This document shows positions 12,689 to 25,300 of a stretch of 64,000 nt of DNA, one piece after another. The translations under genes were made by a program, and so were the position numbers. The number at the start of each line of letters is the position of its first letter. The first letter of the stretch is position 1. The stretch spans positions 7,130,001 through 7,194,000 of the forward strand of contig NC_134028.1 of assembly GCF_964204645.1 (NCBI RefSeq). Direction: 5' to 3'. The notes under the pieces were generated by a model. The model had not been told where the DNA came from and ran no database searches. It saw only the letters and a program-made list of their open reading frames with translations. The DNA comes from Tubulanus polymorphus. Taxonomy: Eukaryota; Animalia; Nemertea.

Positions 12689-15600
12689 CGTGGCGACCGG
12701 GTTGAAATATCACAGATAATTGTCAGCCGTGTGCAGCAGTTCAAATTCCTGAAAATATACGGGAAAAATTTATAAATTATTAATGAAATTGCTCGAAAAA
12801 CCAGGTTAACACACTAGACATAACTTCTCTAGAAAACATTTCAGAAAAGTTGCCAAGAAAGATCATTTACTGATACTTTTCTAGAAAAGTTCAATATACT
12901 TTCATTTCATTTCTTATGGAACAATTCCTAGAATTTTCCTAGCTTCATACCACGGCTAGGGTAGATATCTTAAGTTTCAGACAATGAATTCTGGCGTTTT
13001 AGATCTTGAGTTGAGGCAGGATTTCTAAAGATCGACTTATGCTTCCGAGCGGAAGCTTGTTTCTCAGTGATTGAGGCAGGAAAGAAAAGGAAAATTAAAT
13101 CAAAATTTGAAGGGAAATTTTTCAGCATCATTTTCAAAAATTCTCGATATTGACAGACAGAAAATTAATCCATCTTTTTCTAATTCAAGAATAAGAAAAT
13201 TGATGCGTTACTTTTTTCCTTAAAGAAAAACAAATAAAATATACTGTACACATCTTTATAGGTTTTCACACCTGGCAAAATATGGCATATACATCTGTCA
13301 TGGTTGGTATTTAGAAAAAAAAAACTCTTTTCAATATTCAAGTGCCATTGTACATAGTAAACACTATATAAACGCAACGTAGAAATTTTGAGCATTTTCT
13401 AAGTACTCTATAAGAAACACTCGAAAAATTCATAGCAAAAATAACGATCACACATTTAAATGGCAAAGAGATATGAGACATATCAATGATTCAACTTAAG
13501 GCCTATGTAAACCAATGCGTGGTTTCGGAAATCTAAGGTTTCATCCCGTAGCTATGGGTTCGCGTGAACCCCTTTGACAAGAAGTTGGAGACACTTCAAA
13601 ACTTGAAGGAAAACAACTAATACTCAGTACATGTCATAATGTAAATGCATAAGTAAAAATGTATGAAGATGTGTGAAAGCTGAAGCATATATTTCTTGGA
13701 TCTGTATAATTGGTAATGTGTGTTATTGGTCTGTATTGGTAATGTGCTTGACACAGTGGCGGATCTGGCATTTTCACAACCTGGCTTAAGAAAGTCACAC
13801 ATGCGGTGGCAAATTATTGCCTGTCATATTGTTCTACAATCCCTCTAGATGCTCAAAATTTTCTTGGGGGGGGGGACCCTTTAAAATGTACTTAAAGCAA
13901 GGTGTTACGTGCATCTGTGCCAACAGCCCCGACTAAATGGCACAAGAATCCCCTGGCATAAATGTTAGGTTACAAACAAATTGATATATGATTTAAGTGA
14001 CACAAACCTCTTCCGATGAGACAGACATGCGATAATAATCATAGAAAACCTAATCCATCGTTAGAAATATGTAAATCCAAAGTCGACACCAGTTTTTTTT
14101 CAAACTAATGTCAGCAATATAGTAATAATCCAGAGTGTGATATTACGAGGGAAATGTATGTTGACTACGATTAATATATATACTGATTTCCCTTTCTATC
14201 TGAACACCACCACTCCCGTGCTTTTAACTAATGTTTTATTCATATTCAATAGTCAATACTGAAGTCTATGCGAGACCCTGCCACCGCTTATTGGTACTGT
14301 TTTGTGCATGTATATACATTAAGGTTCACCCACGAACATATATACGTTCAACAACAGTTGTATTACTAGTAGTCGGTAGTATTGACAATTATTTGTGTTA
14401 AAAGTGACAGCGAGTGTACTATGTGTGACGCGCAATCGCGAGGTGTGATAATCCTGAGAGCACTGGCGAAATCGGAAATTGCAGTTACATAGGCCTATAG
14501 CGAGCACTGTCTCCCAGACATGAAATGATAGAAACCTGTATTTTCTCTTATCTTGCAATATCTTGCAAAAAACTTACGCAATAACAGAAGAATAGCCACA
14601 CTCCAATGCAGAGTATATATAAGTTTAAAACCCATTATATACAAAATCTAGAAGATTATGTAGAAGTGAATTCTATTAATCAAAAATTAAAATTAAAAGA
14701 CACAACAACCTTTTGAGCTCTCGCTAAAGGTCATCGCCAGGTGACATCTGTTGATGATCTTGCGTCAACCTTTGTCACGTGTTAAGTTCACACCTGACTG
14801 TTCTAATTCTAGTCAAATTTAACTCAGAACTGTGGAACTGGACCCTGACATACAAATTCAGAACGGTATCAATCAGGAATAGTCGACTTTTTCCCTTTTA
14901 TCGTCCTTAAACATCTGTCCTACATAATCATAAATAATAACACAATGCGAAGAATCTACGAATAAACAAATTATTGCGTAGATTACGTGTTATGTTGTTA
15001 CCGCGTGTTATTTCCATGGAAACAGTTTTCATAGAAATGTACGGTTGGTACTCAGGGCGGCTTCAAGTGTTTAAGCAATACTGTGCATTATGAGTTACAC
15101 CCTTATATATTTCATATACAAAAACTTATATGCATTTTATTATTTTTACAGCATTGTTCCCATTGTAACATATATTCAAAATTTCAAATATTTCATGGGC
15201 CCAATTGGAAATGAACAGCTATACCATCATACTACAGGGATGATGTCAACACTTTTTAGTGATAGCTGGTTGATAAATGCAATTTTCAAAAACAATTGCT
15301 GGAGAAAGTTGCCCCGGGCAAACAATTGACATGCCAGAACTATGCTACACGAAGCGTAAAGTAAATTTCCCAAATATTTCCCAGTTTAGAGAAAAATCTA
15401 ATAAAATTCCCAAATATTTCCAGACCGAGAAATATCGTCGTGAAGTTTCTCTCAATTTCCCCGTACGATGGGAACCTCGGGCAGCCAACAGTCATTCAAA
15501 CGAAGTGAGTTCGTACTTGATATAACAAACGTAAGATAAAGAGAATCAAATTAATTTCATACTGGTTTTCAACGTTGATTTTGTTTATAATGAAGCTTTA

Positions 15601-18600
15601 ATTTCATTATATCAAGGTTAAGGTAGGCTACATGCTGACATACCTATGAATAACACAATAACGCAGATGTCAGTTATTTCTATATCATCTGTTTCGCAGC
15701 GATTGTTGGCCGATTCCTGTGACAACAATAATCCACTTGATCGAACGAGATTATTCCATGCATCGTAAGACAAACGTCTTGTGACGATGACGATGAATTC
15801 AGCGCAGTCAATAGAAAATTACTGTCGAAGTCGAAGCCGATACGTTGAGTACCACACCCAGCACGGCGCTTACTGACAGCATATCGCATGACGACGTAGT
15901 ATCGCTGCTACGTGCAAACACCAACCAGGTGAAAGGGAAATCTGTAGTCTTAATGACCTTTACGCGGGGTATCTATCAATCTCTAGCCCTAAACCATCCT
16001 CTGTCAGTAAGAAAATGGCGTCGGTTTTTCATTTTCGTTCAATCAAAATATGTCCTGAAGAAAGGTCAAAGCCTTGCCAATCAGAAATTGGCAAAATAAT
16101 GACGATAAATTATCAAATGTCTGAATGGGTGGATTTGGGCAGCAGCAGCCGCATCGATAGGCTTGTCGCTTACATGTATGGAAAAAGATTGGATCTACAG
16201 GTGTAACCTTCTATGACGGCGTTCACACAAGATTCTAACCAAGTTGCATTCACATGGATTCAACACTTAGGAAGTCATTAGGTCTGATGCTGATTAAGGG
16301 GAGCGTTTTCAAAATGGCATTTCCATAGGAAGGGTAGTTTGAATTGCCAATTCGGCGTAAACTTAACAGTAATATCAAACTCCTTCCAAACATGAACAAA
16401 AATATTTGTCCATGTATTGATTAAAGTGAGCATCAAATCATCTAACTCATACAACTGCCTAAACATTTTCGTTCTTTTTAATGGCTTCTTATTTGTTTTA
16501 AAAGTAAAAAATGATTTTAAAAACATTGGTCATCCCCTCGTTTAGTATCTAAGCTAAGTCTAGTATCTATGTCCAGACTACTGAAAATATGCGGCCATCT
16601 ACAGTAAGTACCCCTACAACTCTAGATCCAGTGTTCTGAGTGGCATCATATCCTGTGCTTGCTAAGTCTGTTAAGCCCTGTATTTCGGTACCTTGCCTTG
16701 AAAAATTCAACTGTGCGAATGCTTAGTACCGTACTGAAATCCCTGAGTGAATGCAACTTATTATTCCTACACTATCCCTCATTTCAAATGCAAAAATTAA
16801 CCAACAAATCTGCTAGTGATGGAACACTTTTGAAAACACATTACCGGTATTTTGTTTTCTGAAGGGACTTTTGGTATTTGGAAATGGAAGTGAAAGAAAA
16901 ATTCATTATACAAAATATGACAAAAATGAAAACTGATACTATATTCGTTTTATTTTGGGAATGAAATTTTCGACAACATGAGAATGTAATCAAACTGGGT
17001 TCATGAAATGGTCATCGCCTAACTGCTATGAACTGCCGTTGCTGGGAGTGACTGATGGGCAAGGCATTTTAAAACCACCACACCCATAGTGTCTGAACAC
17101 TGATACAACAACTGTCATAAACAATAATAGTGATGAAAACAACGATATTTCATGACACAATCGACATATACAATGTATGCATATCCATATCCGCTCAAAT
17201 TTGGAGTTCCATCATATTCAAGCCTAACAAATTGGACTTACTTATCGAATATATCTTACTTATCTTAGCCTACTCATTCAGATAGATTTTGTGATATTTA
17301 ATAAACCAGTTTAAGCTCAGTTCAACAAAATCGAACAAATTGCGGGCAATCTCACATCACAAAAGTAGTTATTCTAATGGTATTTTACTCTTGTCTTAAA
17401 TACATAGATAAAAAACATGGACCCTTATGAAAGTTATCACAAGAAAAGGCCTAAGAACTTAAAAGATTCTGAAATAAAAGTTTCATATGAATATCGCGAA
17501 CTAGCCAGTTCAGTATAATCAGCTATGATTTATTTTCTGAAAAAAAAAGATTTAATCCAATCTAAATTGAACATAGGATCATATGGAGCCTACCTAGATT
17601 AATCAATCCCTATTACACACAAGAGCTGGCTGTATCCATGTACACAGAGAATGAGTAATAATGGTTATCACATTACTGAATTTCCCAAGCATATACTATA
17701 CTACATTACAAACCCTGGTTTCGAATAACCATAGAATTTCACTTTCATTGTTAATAAAGAGAATATTGTTTTGTAGCCCGCAGAAAGTTTCATTTATTAT
17801 TTAAACCTAACCTGGCATGCATATCAAGGCGGGCGTAGTAGGAATACAATACAACTTTTCTATAAACGACACCACAATTGACGTCAGGGGTATCATAGTA
17901 ATCTTGTGAAAATTGAGAGTCCACTTCAGAAGGAACATATGCGCATCCTTGCTTTTGGCGAAAACAATACAAAGTATTCATTGGAAAATGAAAGATCAGT
18001 TTTTAAATTATGATCTAGTTTTGCTAACAGATGTTTGTCGTCGACGGTTTTGATGTTCCGCAGAGAAAATCAATTGAGGCCCAGCTGAGGGTAGTTTGGG
18101 TGAATAGGATCCTAGCATTGATTATCAAATAAACAGGCTTAGCACATACAGTACATAAGCCTAGAAACCTAAACATTGATTTAAAATATTTGAACAAACC
18201 GATTCAATTAGTTCATTCTGACGAACACCCCCAAAGCCTTTTGCCCGTTTTCTGTTCAGCTAAAAACAGTTTCAGCCCAATTATCTTTTATTAGCTTTGG
18301 TTGGGCCATTGAAAATTAAATTAAACAATACCATTGATTAATAGTCGACGTTAATAAAATTATACTAAATTTAGTCACTACAGTTCAGTGGTGTACTGTG
18401 GTACTGGTATGGTTTGTACAACGGAAGATCGTCCCAGGTTTCAATCCATAAACAGTTGGGAGTTCATCAGTGTTAGGCTGGTTTGAGGTTGTATCTATTT
18501 AGATAGAATATTGTTTTAGTTTCGTATTTAACTGCCTTTCTGGCAGAAAAATTCCCATTTTAGAAAAAAAAACGACGGAGAACCTGGAAATTCCATGGGC

Positions 18601-18809
18601 TGTGTCCCATTTTTCTTCTATTCACAATATGATTACAATGATGTCAATGACTGGTCATCAACCTGTAAAAGCGGGGGCGAATCCAAGGGGGCCAACGCCG
18701 CCCAAACCCCCCTATTTTTTGCAAAGACGACCTGAAAGTTTACATGTAGTGGCAGAATTATTGTGGGTCATTTTGTTGTAGAATCACTTGGCTCAAGTCC
18801 ATGTGATGT

Positions 18810-19440
18810 ATGTATACAACTAACGAGGCGTCAGATTCGGAATTGATATTTCTAAAATAAAAACTGTAAAGAATTGTGCTTATGCCGTTCAGGAATAGGT
18901 AGAGTATATCTGGTCGAAATGAACGTGCCTGACATGCCAGCAGTAAAACGAGCCAGAACGGCAGAATCAGAGTACGTACAATCAATCACAAGGGCTGGTA
19001 TCAGAGTTGTAGGTAATGTAAAAACGATGTCTATAGTATATATAAAATAACAATGGTCGGTAAAAGTGCAGATCCGCACCTCTCCGCATAAACGGTTCAA
19101 TCAATTACATGAAATATCATTGTTTCAGATTCAAAATGTCATCAGCAATTCAGTACATTGCCATTGGCTAATTTTAAGATATCTTCACTAGAGAGAGTAG
19201 AAAGATTTTAGCCTGGATTCTGTCATTCAGCAGATTGCGTCAACCACGAGAGTTGCGGATCTGCACTTTTACCCAATGGTCACCTGTCAGTTATTAATAG
19301 TTATTTTATATATACTATAGACATAGGATTAACAGATTATCGTTTTTTATAACCTACAACTCTGATACGAGCCCCTCTGTGCGAGCGTACAATCAGAGAA
19401 ACTTGCGTTTCCGAGCCAGGACCTCATTGACTAATACAGA
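18810..19440. repeat. Long degenerate inverted repeat (foldback element)
   Basis: ~18985-19085 (TATCAGAGTTGTAGG..ATGTCTATAGTATATATAAAATAAC..GTAAAAGTGCAGATCCGCA) is the reverse complement of ~19248-19380, with weaker outer arms. Confidence 0.75.
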
Positions 19441-21488
19441 AATAATTCAATCAACCTTCACTACCTTCTTCTACAAATTTTTAAATTTTTATTTAGGACC
19501 AGTTTTTCATTACCTGATCATGTTATCTGACTTGTTTCCGATTATCCTGTTGATGATCACTGAGACCGAGAGCCGAGCAGCGAACGCGCAGAACGCGGAA
19601 GTGAAACCGGGGGAAATCCATACCAGGAAGTATTAGAGGGAAGCACTGTACGGTAAGCTACTTCAAATGTTTCAGTTACGCGGTTCGAGATTTCGTGCCC
19701 GCGGGATAAACTTTTCATACAAATACTAATGAAAAATAAATAACTATTCGAAATGACCTATAAACATTACAGTTTTCATGGTTTATTTCGGATAGCAAAT
19801 TAGCACTGTTCCTTCTTTAGGCAAACAAATTTATACCTTGTTTCTCATTTCTGCTGAGCTTAGAAGTTGACCCAGCTGGCCACTTACAACAGACCCGGCA
19901 GCTATTGAAATGAAATGATTACAAATTTTATTGCAGTTTACAAAAGTGACCAGCAGTCTCCTTCAAAACTACCTATATGCAGGAATGACTGAACTGTAGG
20001 GACCCTGTATCCATCGTAGGCCCTACACCAGAATAGTTCCATGAAAACGAGACCACAAGAAATAACGACAAAAATACTCAAGTTAAATCGAAAAGTACAG
20101 TATCTTTTAGTTTATTCTACTGCGAGAAATCCACTCCTATCGTCATCATAAATCGATAAATAAATTATTCAGGGGCGGATTTAAAGTCCGATTCAGAGGG
20201 GTGCACCCCAAATGAATCTAAATTTTTTGCTATCAGTTCATTATTTTCAGTGTCCCATAAAATTCAGGGCAACTTGACTTTAAAAGAGGGTAACACACCC
20301 CCTGCACACTCTCCTAGGATCCGTCCCGGTTAACAAAATAATCTCGAAACATTACAATTCATATCTCAACTGGGTGTACTGCCAAAAATTTCGAGCTCAT
20401 GTCGCGAGACCCAGAAAATTATCAAACAAACATCGTCATAGAGTAGTACACTAAAATCATTTTCTGAAAATGTTTAAAATATGAGGTCAGTTCACAAATT
20501 TTGGCAGATGTCAGACATAAACATCAGCGCAGATAGAAATAGTCCATATAGACTACTTTAAATGGCAGATATCGATGAAAGTAACTGCGCTTTATCGACT
20601 ACATAATTCTGTAATGCAGTATATCTTGCGAAAGTCGGATCCTTTGGGACTAAGAAAAATCTGGATATTCAATTCCGGATGTTATAAGTCGGATATTTAG
20701 CCTTTTTTCCCGAAAACTACGAGAAATACTTTCTGTAAATGGAAAAATTATCTACATCTACGAGAAATGATTTAAATACAGGGTTTTTTTTTTCTATTCT
20801 AACACATTAGCCACAACTAAAGTAACGACTGTTGACATGAATCGTCGATTTCAAACCAGGAACAGGGGTTGGGACAGGGAAGAAATCAAACTGCAAGAAA
20901 ATAGCCCTCCAACTTTTGGTGAGTAATTTAACTGATTCTTTATTTTCTTACCAGGAAAAGTACAACAAGATTAGTCTTCTTTTCCTAGGCGAATTTCTGA
21001 CTTATAAAATCCAACTTTGGAGTATTCAAGTTTCTTTGAAAAAAAGAACGAAAAATCAGGACGATCAATATTCATTCGATATAAACGATTATCTGACTTT
21101 CACCGATCCGACTTACGGAAGGCTTACTGTAATTTCTCACACCTGTACAAGCATCGATACTAATCAATTTTATACACAAGCTTCATATGTATACATATAT
21201 GTATATATATATATCTAAATATATGTACAATTATAAAATTAGTATATCGGTTATCATCTTTATTACTGCATTCTACAATGAGCGTTCTAAAATTCTTGTA
21301 GAATGAATGTCTTTTTTTCCATAAACAATTCAATCGTGTTTCCCCCCCAGCCCAGCCATTTTATCTTTAAACCGCCCGATGACCAAATTGATAGTCAACT
21401 AAGCTAATCTATGCAGTCCCAGTTGTTTTGGGAACAAAAACTACGCGGTAAATACTGGAATAAGATTCACAAAATAGGTTTGATTATA

Positions 21489-21665
21489 TAGTAGAACTAA
21501 CTTAATTCGGATTTCTCGATCAGGATTTTCATATGATTCCGATGCTGAAATATTTGATCCGTTTAAAACCTGGAACAACTGTGTTAACTATTATTCAATT
21601 CGGATTATCTGTATTCGAATAAATCGTGGCAGTCCCTAGTCATCCGAATTAACGGAGTTCTACTG
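21489..21665. mobile_element. Tc1/mariner-pogo-like MITE
   Basis: TA|TAGTAGAACT...AGTTCTACTG|TA; related elements at ~34740-34898 and ~54424-54540. Confidence 0.65.
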
Positions 21666-22319
21666 TATTTGCATATCTTCTGAAAATTAGACATCAGTAC
21701 AAATCTATCGGAGTATAATTCCAGTCGAGATTGCCGGTGATTAAAAATAAACCTATCCCCCCTTCCCGTTAATGTCGAAATCACAAATTTCCCGAGTTTC
21801 GATAATAAAACGAGAGTTTCCGAGACTGTACTTGTGACCGTACTCCCTGTACTTGTGCGTCGAGAGCACCAGCCCCTGAACAGTCCAGTCACAGATGCGC
21901 GTGTAAATCAAGGAAACGAATGAAATAAATATCGAATTCATCGAAAAGCATAGGAAATCCTCTCGGCCGTGATACATCTCTGTCCGTATCGACGTTAATT
22001 CATTGCATAGATTTTCTTAAAAAATAATTCCCCGTTTCAAATCGCGTAGACGAACGATGTCTCCGATCACCGCTACCCGACATTCGGTTCTACGTAGCGT
22101 CTCTCAAAGATCAGCGAGGCAGCACGAAACTCAGAACTCCCGGTCATAACAACCGGCGAATCTAAACAACCGGACAGCTGCGCTTTCATACCGGTATACA
22201 CGCGAAAGTGGGTAGTTCTTCTCCACAGTAAAAACACAATAAATAAATAATCCGATTTCGGTAAGAAACAAAGCTGCCATAGTTCAATAAATGTCATATA
22301 CGGTAGCCAACTTCTAATG

Positions 22320-25300
22320 TCACTGTTGCATGGGACTTTGAGCTGAAAAATAGGATAAACGAAAAATTGACACGTAGAATCTTTTTTCTGGTCTGGAATA
22401 AAAAACCACAATTTACTCATAACTGTATATTCCGAAACAAGCCAAATGATTCCACGGAATAACTTGAACATACCTCTCGTCCGGTTCGCCGATTCGACAA
22501 TTTGTAACAAGCACCTTCCGAATTCTTCTAAAATCATTTTTTCTTGCATAGCATTGCTTTGCCTGGTTCGTTCTCCGTCTTCAGCCTGCGCCAGTAAACA
22601 CGCGCACGTGGCCTCGACGACCTCCGGAGTTATAAACGTATATGGCAACCTGAATATATAGATACACAAAAGTCAAAGATGCACTATGGCAGTATGCCCA
22701 TTACAAAATGCGCCGGGGTGGACTTTTTCTGCCATTTTTAAAATATCACAGGTATTTTAAGTCATCGCTGAAAAATTTACCTTTCCCCCGACGAGGTCTG
22801 GTGTTTCACGTCGGACATTTGAGATGATAATTTACTATTAACAGCAGCCTGTTGATTGACGCGAACCTCGGCTGCGTCGGCTAAATTCATCAACGTCTTC
22901 CGGAGCGGACTTTCTTCGTAGTTTTTACAGCCGACGCAACGACACATGTTCGAACATAAAATCTTCGCCTGTAAGCATATCGAGACGTTAGCATTGAAAT
23001 CATTAGAGTTGGAGTTATAACCACAATAACAAAGTACCATGGGTCCAGTAGGATCAACTTAGTACAGTTGTTCTGGGATTTGCAATAAACATGGAATCTG
23101 CGCAACCCCTCTGTAGTAAGAAGGTTCAACTATGATAAGGTTACGTAGTAAGGTTTTCAGGGCACAAGGCAGAACCATCAATACTATGTTTATTCTAAAT
23201 TCATTGAACTTTTGGATGCTGAAGGGCTTTCCCAGTGATGTCATTATCACGAAACAAGGTCAAGCATCCATAAGTAGAATAGGGAAAAATTCTTTGAGAT
23301 TTTGCACATTTTTCCCAAGAACTTACTAAAGACTTAGAGCTGATGGGCGAAACTTCCCATAATTAATTCCAACACCTATTTCCCTCCTAATGTCAACTGT
23401 CAGCTGTGTATATATTTGTGCCACCAAGAGCTAACAGAACGTTACTCTCAGGACCATTCTATGAGGATCAACGCAGTTGGATGTCGAGTAGATAGAACAC
23501 TTACCTCATAACATTCGCAGTAATTTTTCAAACAGCCGGACTTTTTACAATTACAACCTTTATTGTGACGTCTGCTTCCTCCCGTGCTTTTACCAGCACC
23601 TAGAAAATATACGTACATTGTATACATACACGCCTAAAAACTATAGGACCAGAACAATTTAGGAAAACGCAGAATTCTGTAACGTGATCCTAGGCACAAC
23701 GAAGCACTTTTCGAAGTTCAGTTTTCCAGGTTTGCCGGGTCAGTGGCCACATAAATTCATCCATGGTTTCACCAAATGCGAATCATTTCATATAGGATAT
23801 TATCAACTCGACCACGCGTTTCGATTGCGTCATATTTCGGCGCATGATAATAATAATACACATACCGATTTTCGGGTGAAAAGCGAACGGGTTTCGATCG
23901 AGACAAGATTTAATTGCCCGCGATCGTTCCTCCTCGTGTTCGAGATTGTTCGCACACGTCGTACAGTTACAGTTGCTACAGAATTCACCATTCGCGAAAC
24001 AGTCACAATACCTGCCAGAGAGAGAAATCGACGACAATTTTAAATATCAGCAATAGCAATATCATTTCATTATATGTACCCTAATAGAACATGACATCCT
24101 AAGATACTTATTAAAGAACTCAACAAGGCCAAGAATTGCAATGAAAAATGGCAAACCTAAAGTAAACAAGCTACAAGTCTCTAAATTCAGAAATGCTACA
24201 AGTTCAGACAAAAATGACTGTTTTAGGTACAAAAATGATCAATCGCAGCCATCTTTCCTATCGACCTAATTATTCATGGATCATGAAGAAATTAATCTAA
24301 GTGTCTTCAAAATTTCCATTGAAAATTCTGTATCCAATTCAATCTTATTCAAAATGATGTGAAATCAATGTCTTCTATTCCTCATAGAGACTGACGTTTT
24401 TGTCTCATTTTGATAACTTACAATTTAAGACATTGAGATTTGGTACAGTTGCAGGGTTTTCGCGGTCGCTGTCCCGGAGCTGCAGTCTCTGCACTACTCG
24501 ATCTGTAAAGAAAATACATTCAAGCATCGCTAGTATAGACGGGAATTCATTTATAATTGCAGTATCTATGGTTCAAAATGTTACAATTTATTCGCCCTTA
24601 ATGAATTTCTATTAATAAAGAAACGTGGTTAATAACATATCCAAATTCCCTGGATCCAGTTCCACAGTAGTGAGTTAGAGTTAACTCTGAGTTAAAATTA
24701 GTTCATTTTCTATGAGTTATCTCAAATCATAACTCAGAACTGTGGAACTGGACCCTGAGTTTTCTGTGATTCTTTTCCTAGATTTTTCTGATTTCCCCAG
24801 TTTTCCAGGTCAGGGGTCGACCAAGTTAGTCAAGATAGTTGGTGTCTTGGCAATCATGCCCGAGTTAGGCAAGGAAAACTGAGAAATATTGAGCAATGTT
24901 TAGACGAAGTTGCAAGTAAAGATATCTTACCCGTTCGTATGTCGAGACACGCTCGGCGGTTCAGCGAGTGGCAACGATTCGCTCACTATCATTTCAGACA
25001 CCGGAGTAGCTTGCGCAGAGGGCGCTACCGGTCTCACCAATGGCTTCTTCATCTACGAAAAAAAAAATCGAACAACATTCAGACTTCAGAGATTGCAATG
25101 AGCGTATTTAATCTAGCAACAAATGACAACTGTCTCATCACACATGTAACATTTTGGTCCGTAATTTCGTTAATACTAAATTGATCTATGTATTTTATGC
25201 ATCAATTTGTTATGTAAGGAATATGCATTCAAAAACAACTTTCTGATGGCAAATTCCTCACTGAACAAATTGATGCATAATAAAGGTAGATCGACTGATT

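Noticed and set aside
21533-21569. Alternative last exon for LIN54 (GFKRIKYFSIGII*)
   Set aside because: Lies inside a pogo-like MITE and has a weaker acceptor than 22342.
22073-22473. Hydrophobic extension of LIN54 in the 198-aa ORF
   Set aside because: Read-through of a good donor (G|GTATGT at 22473); splicing to 22342 gives a normal short C-terminus.
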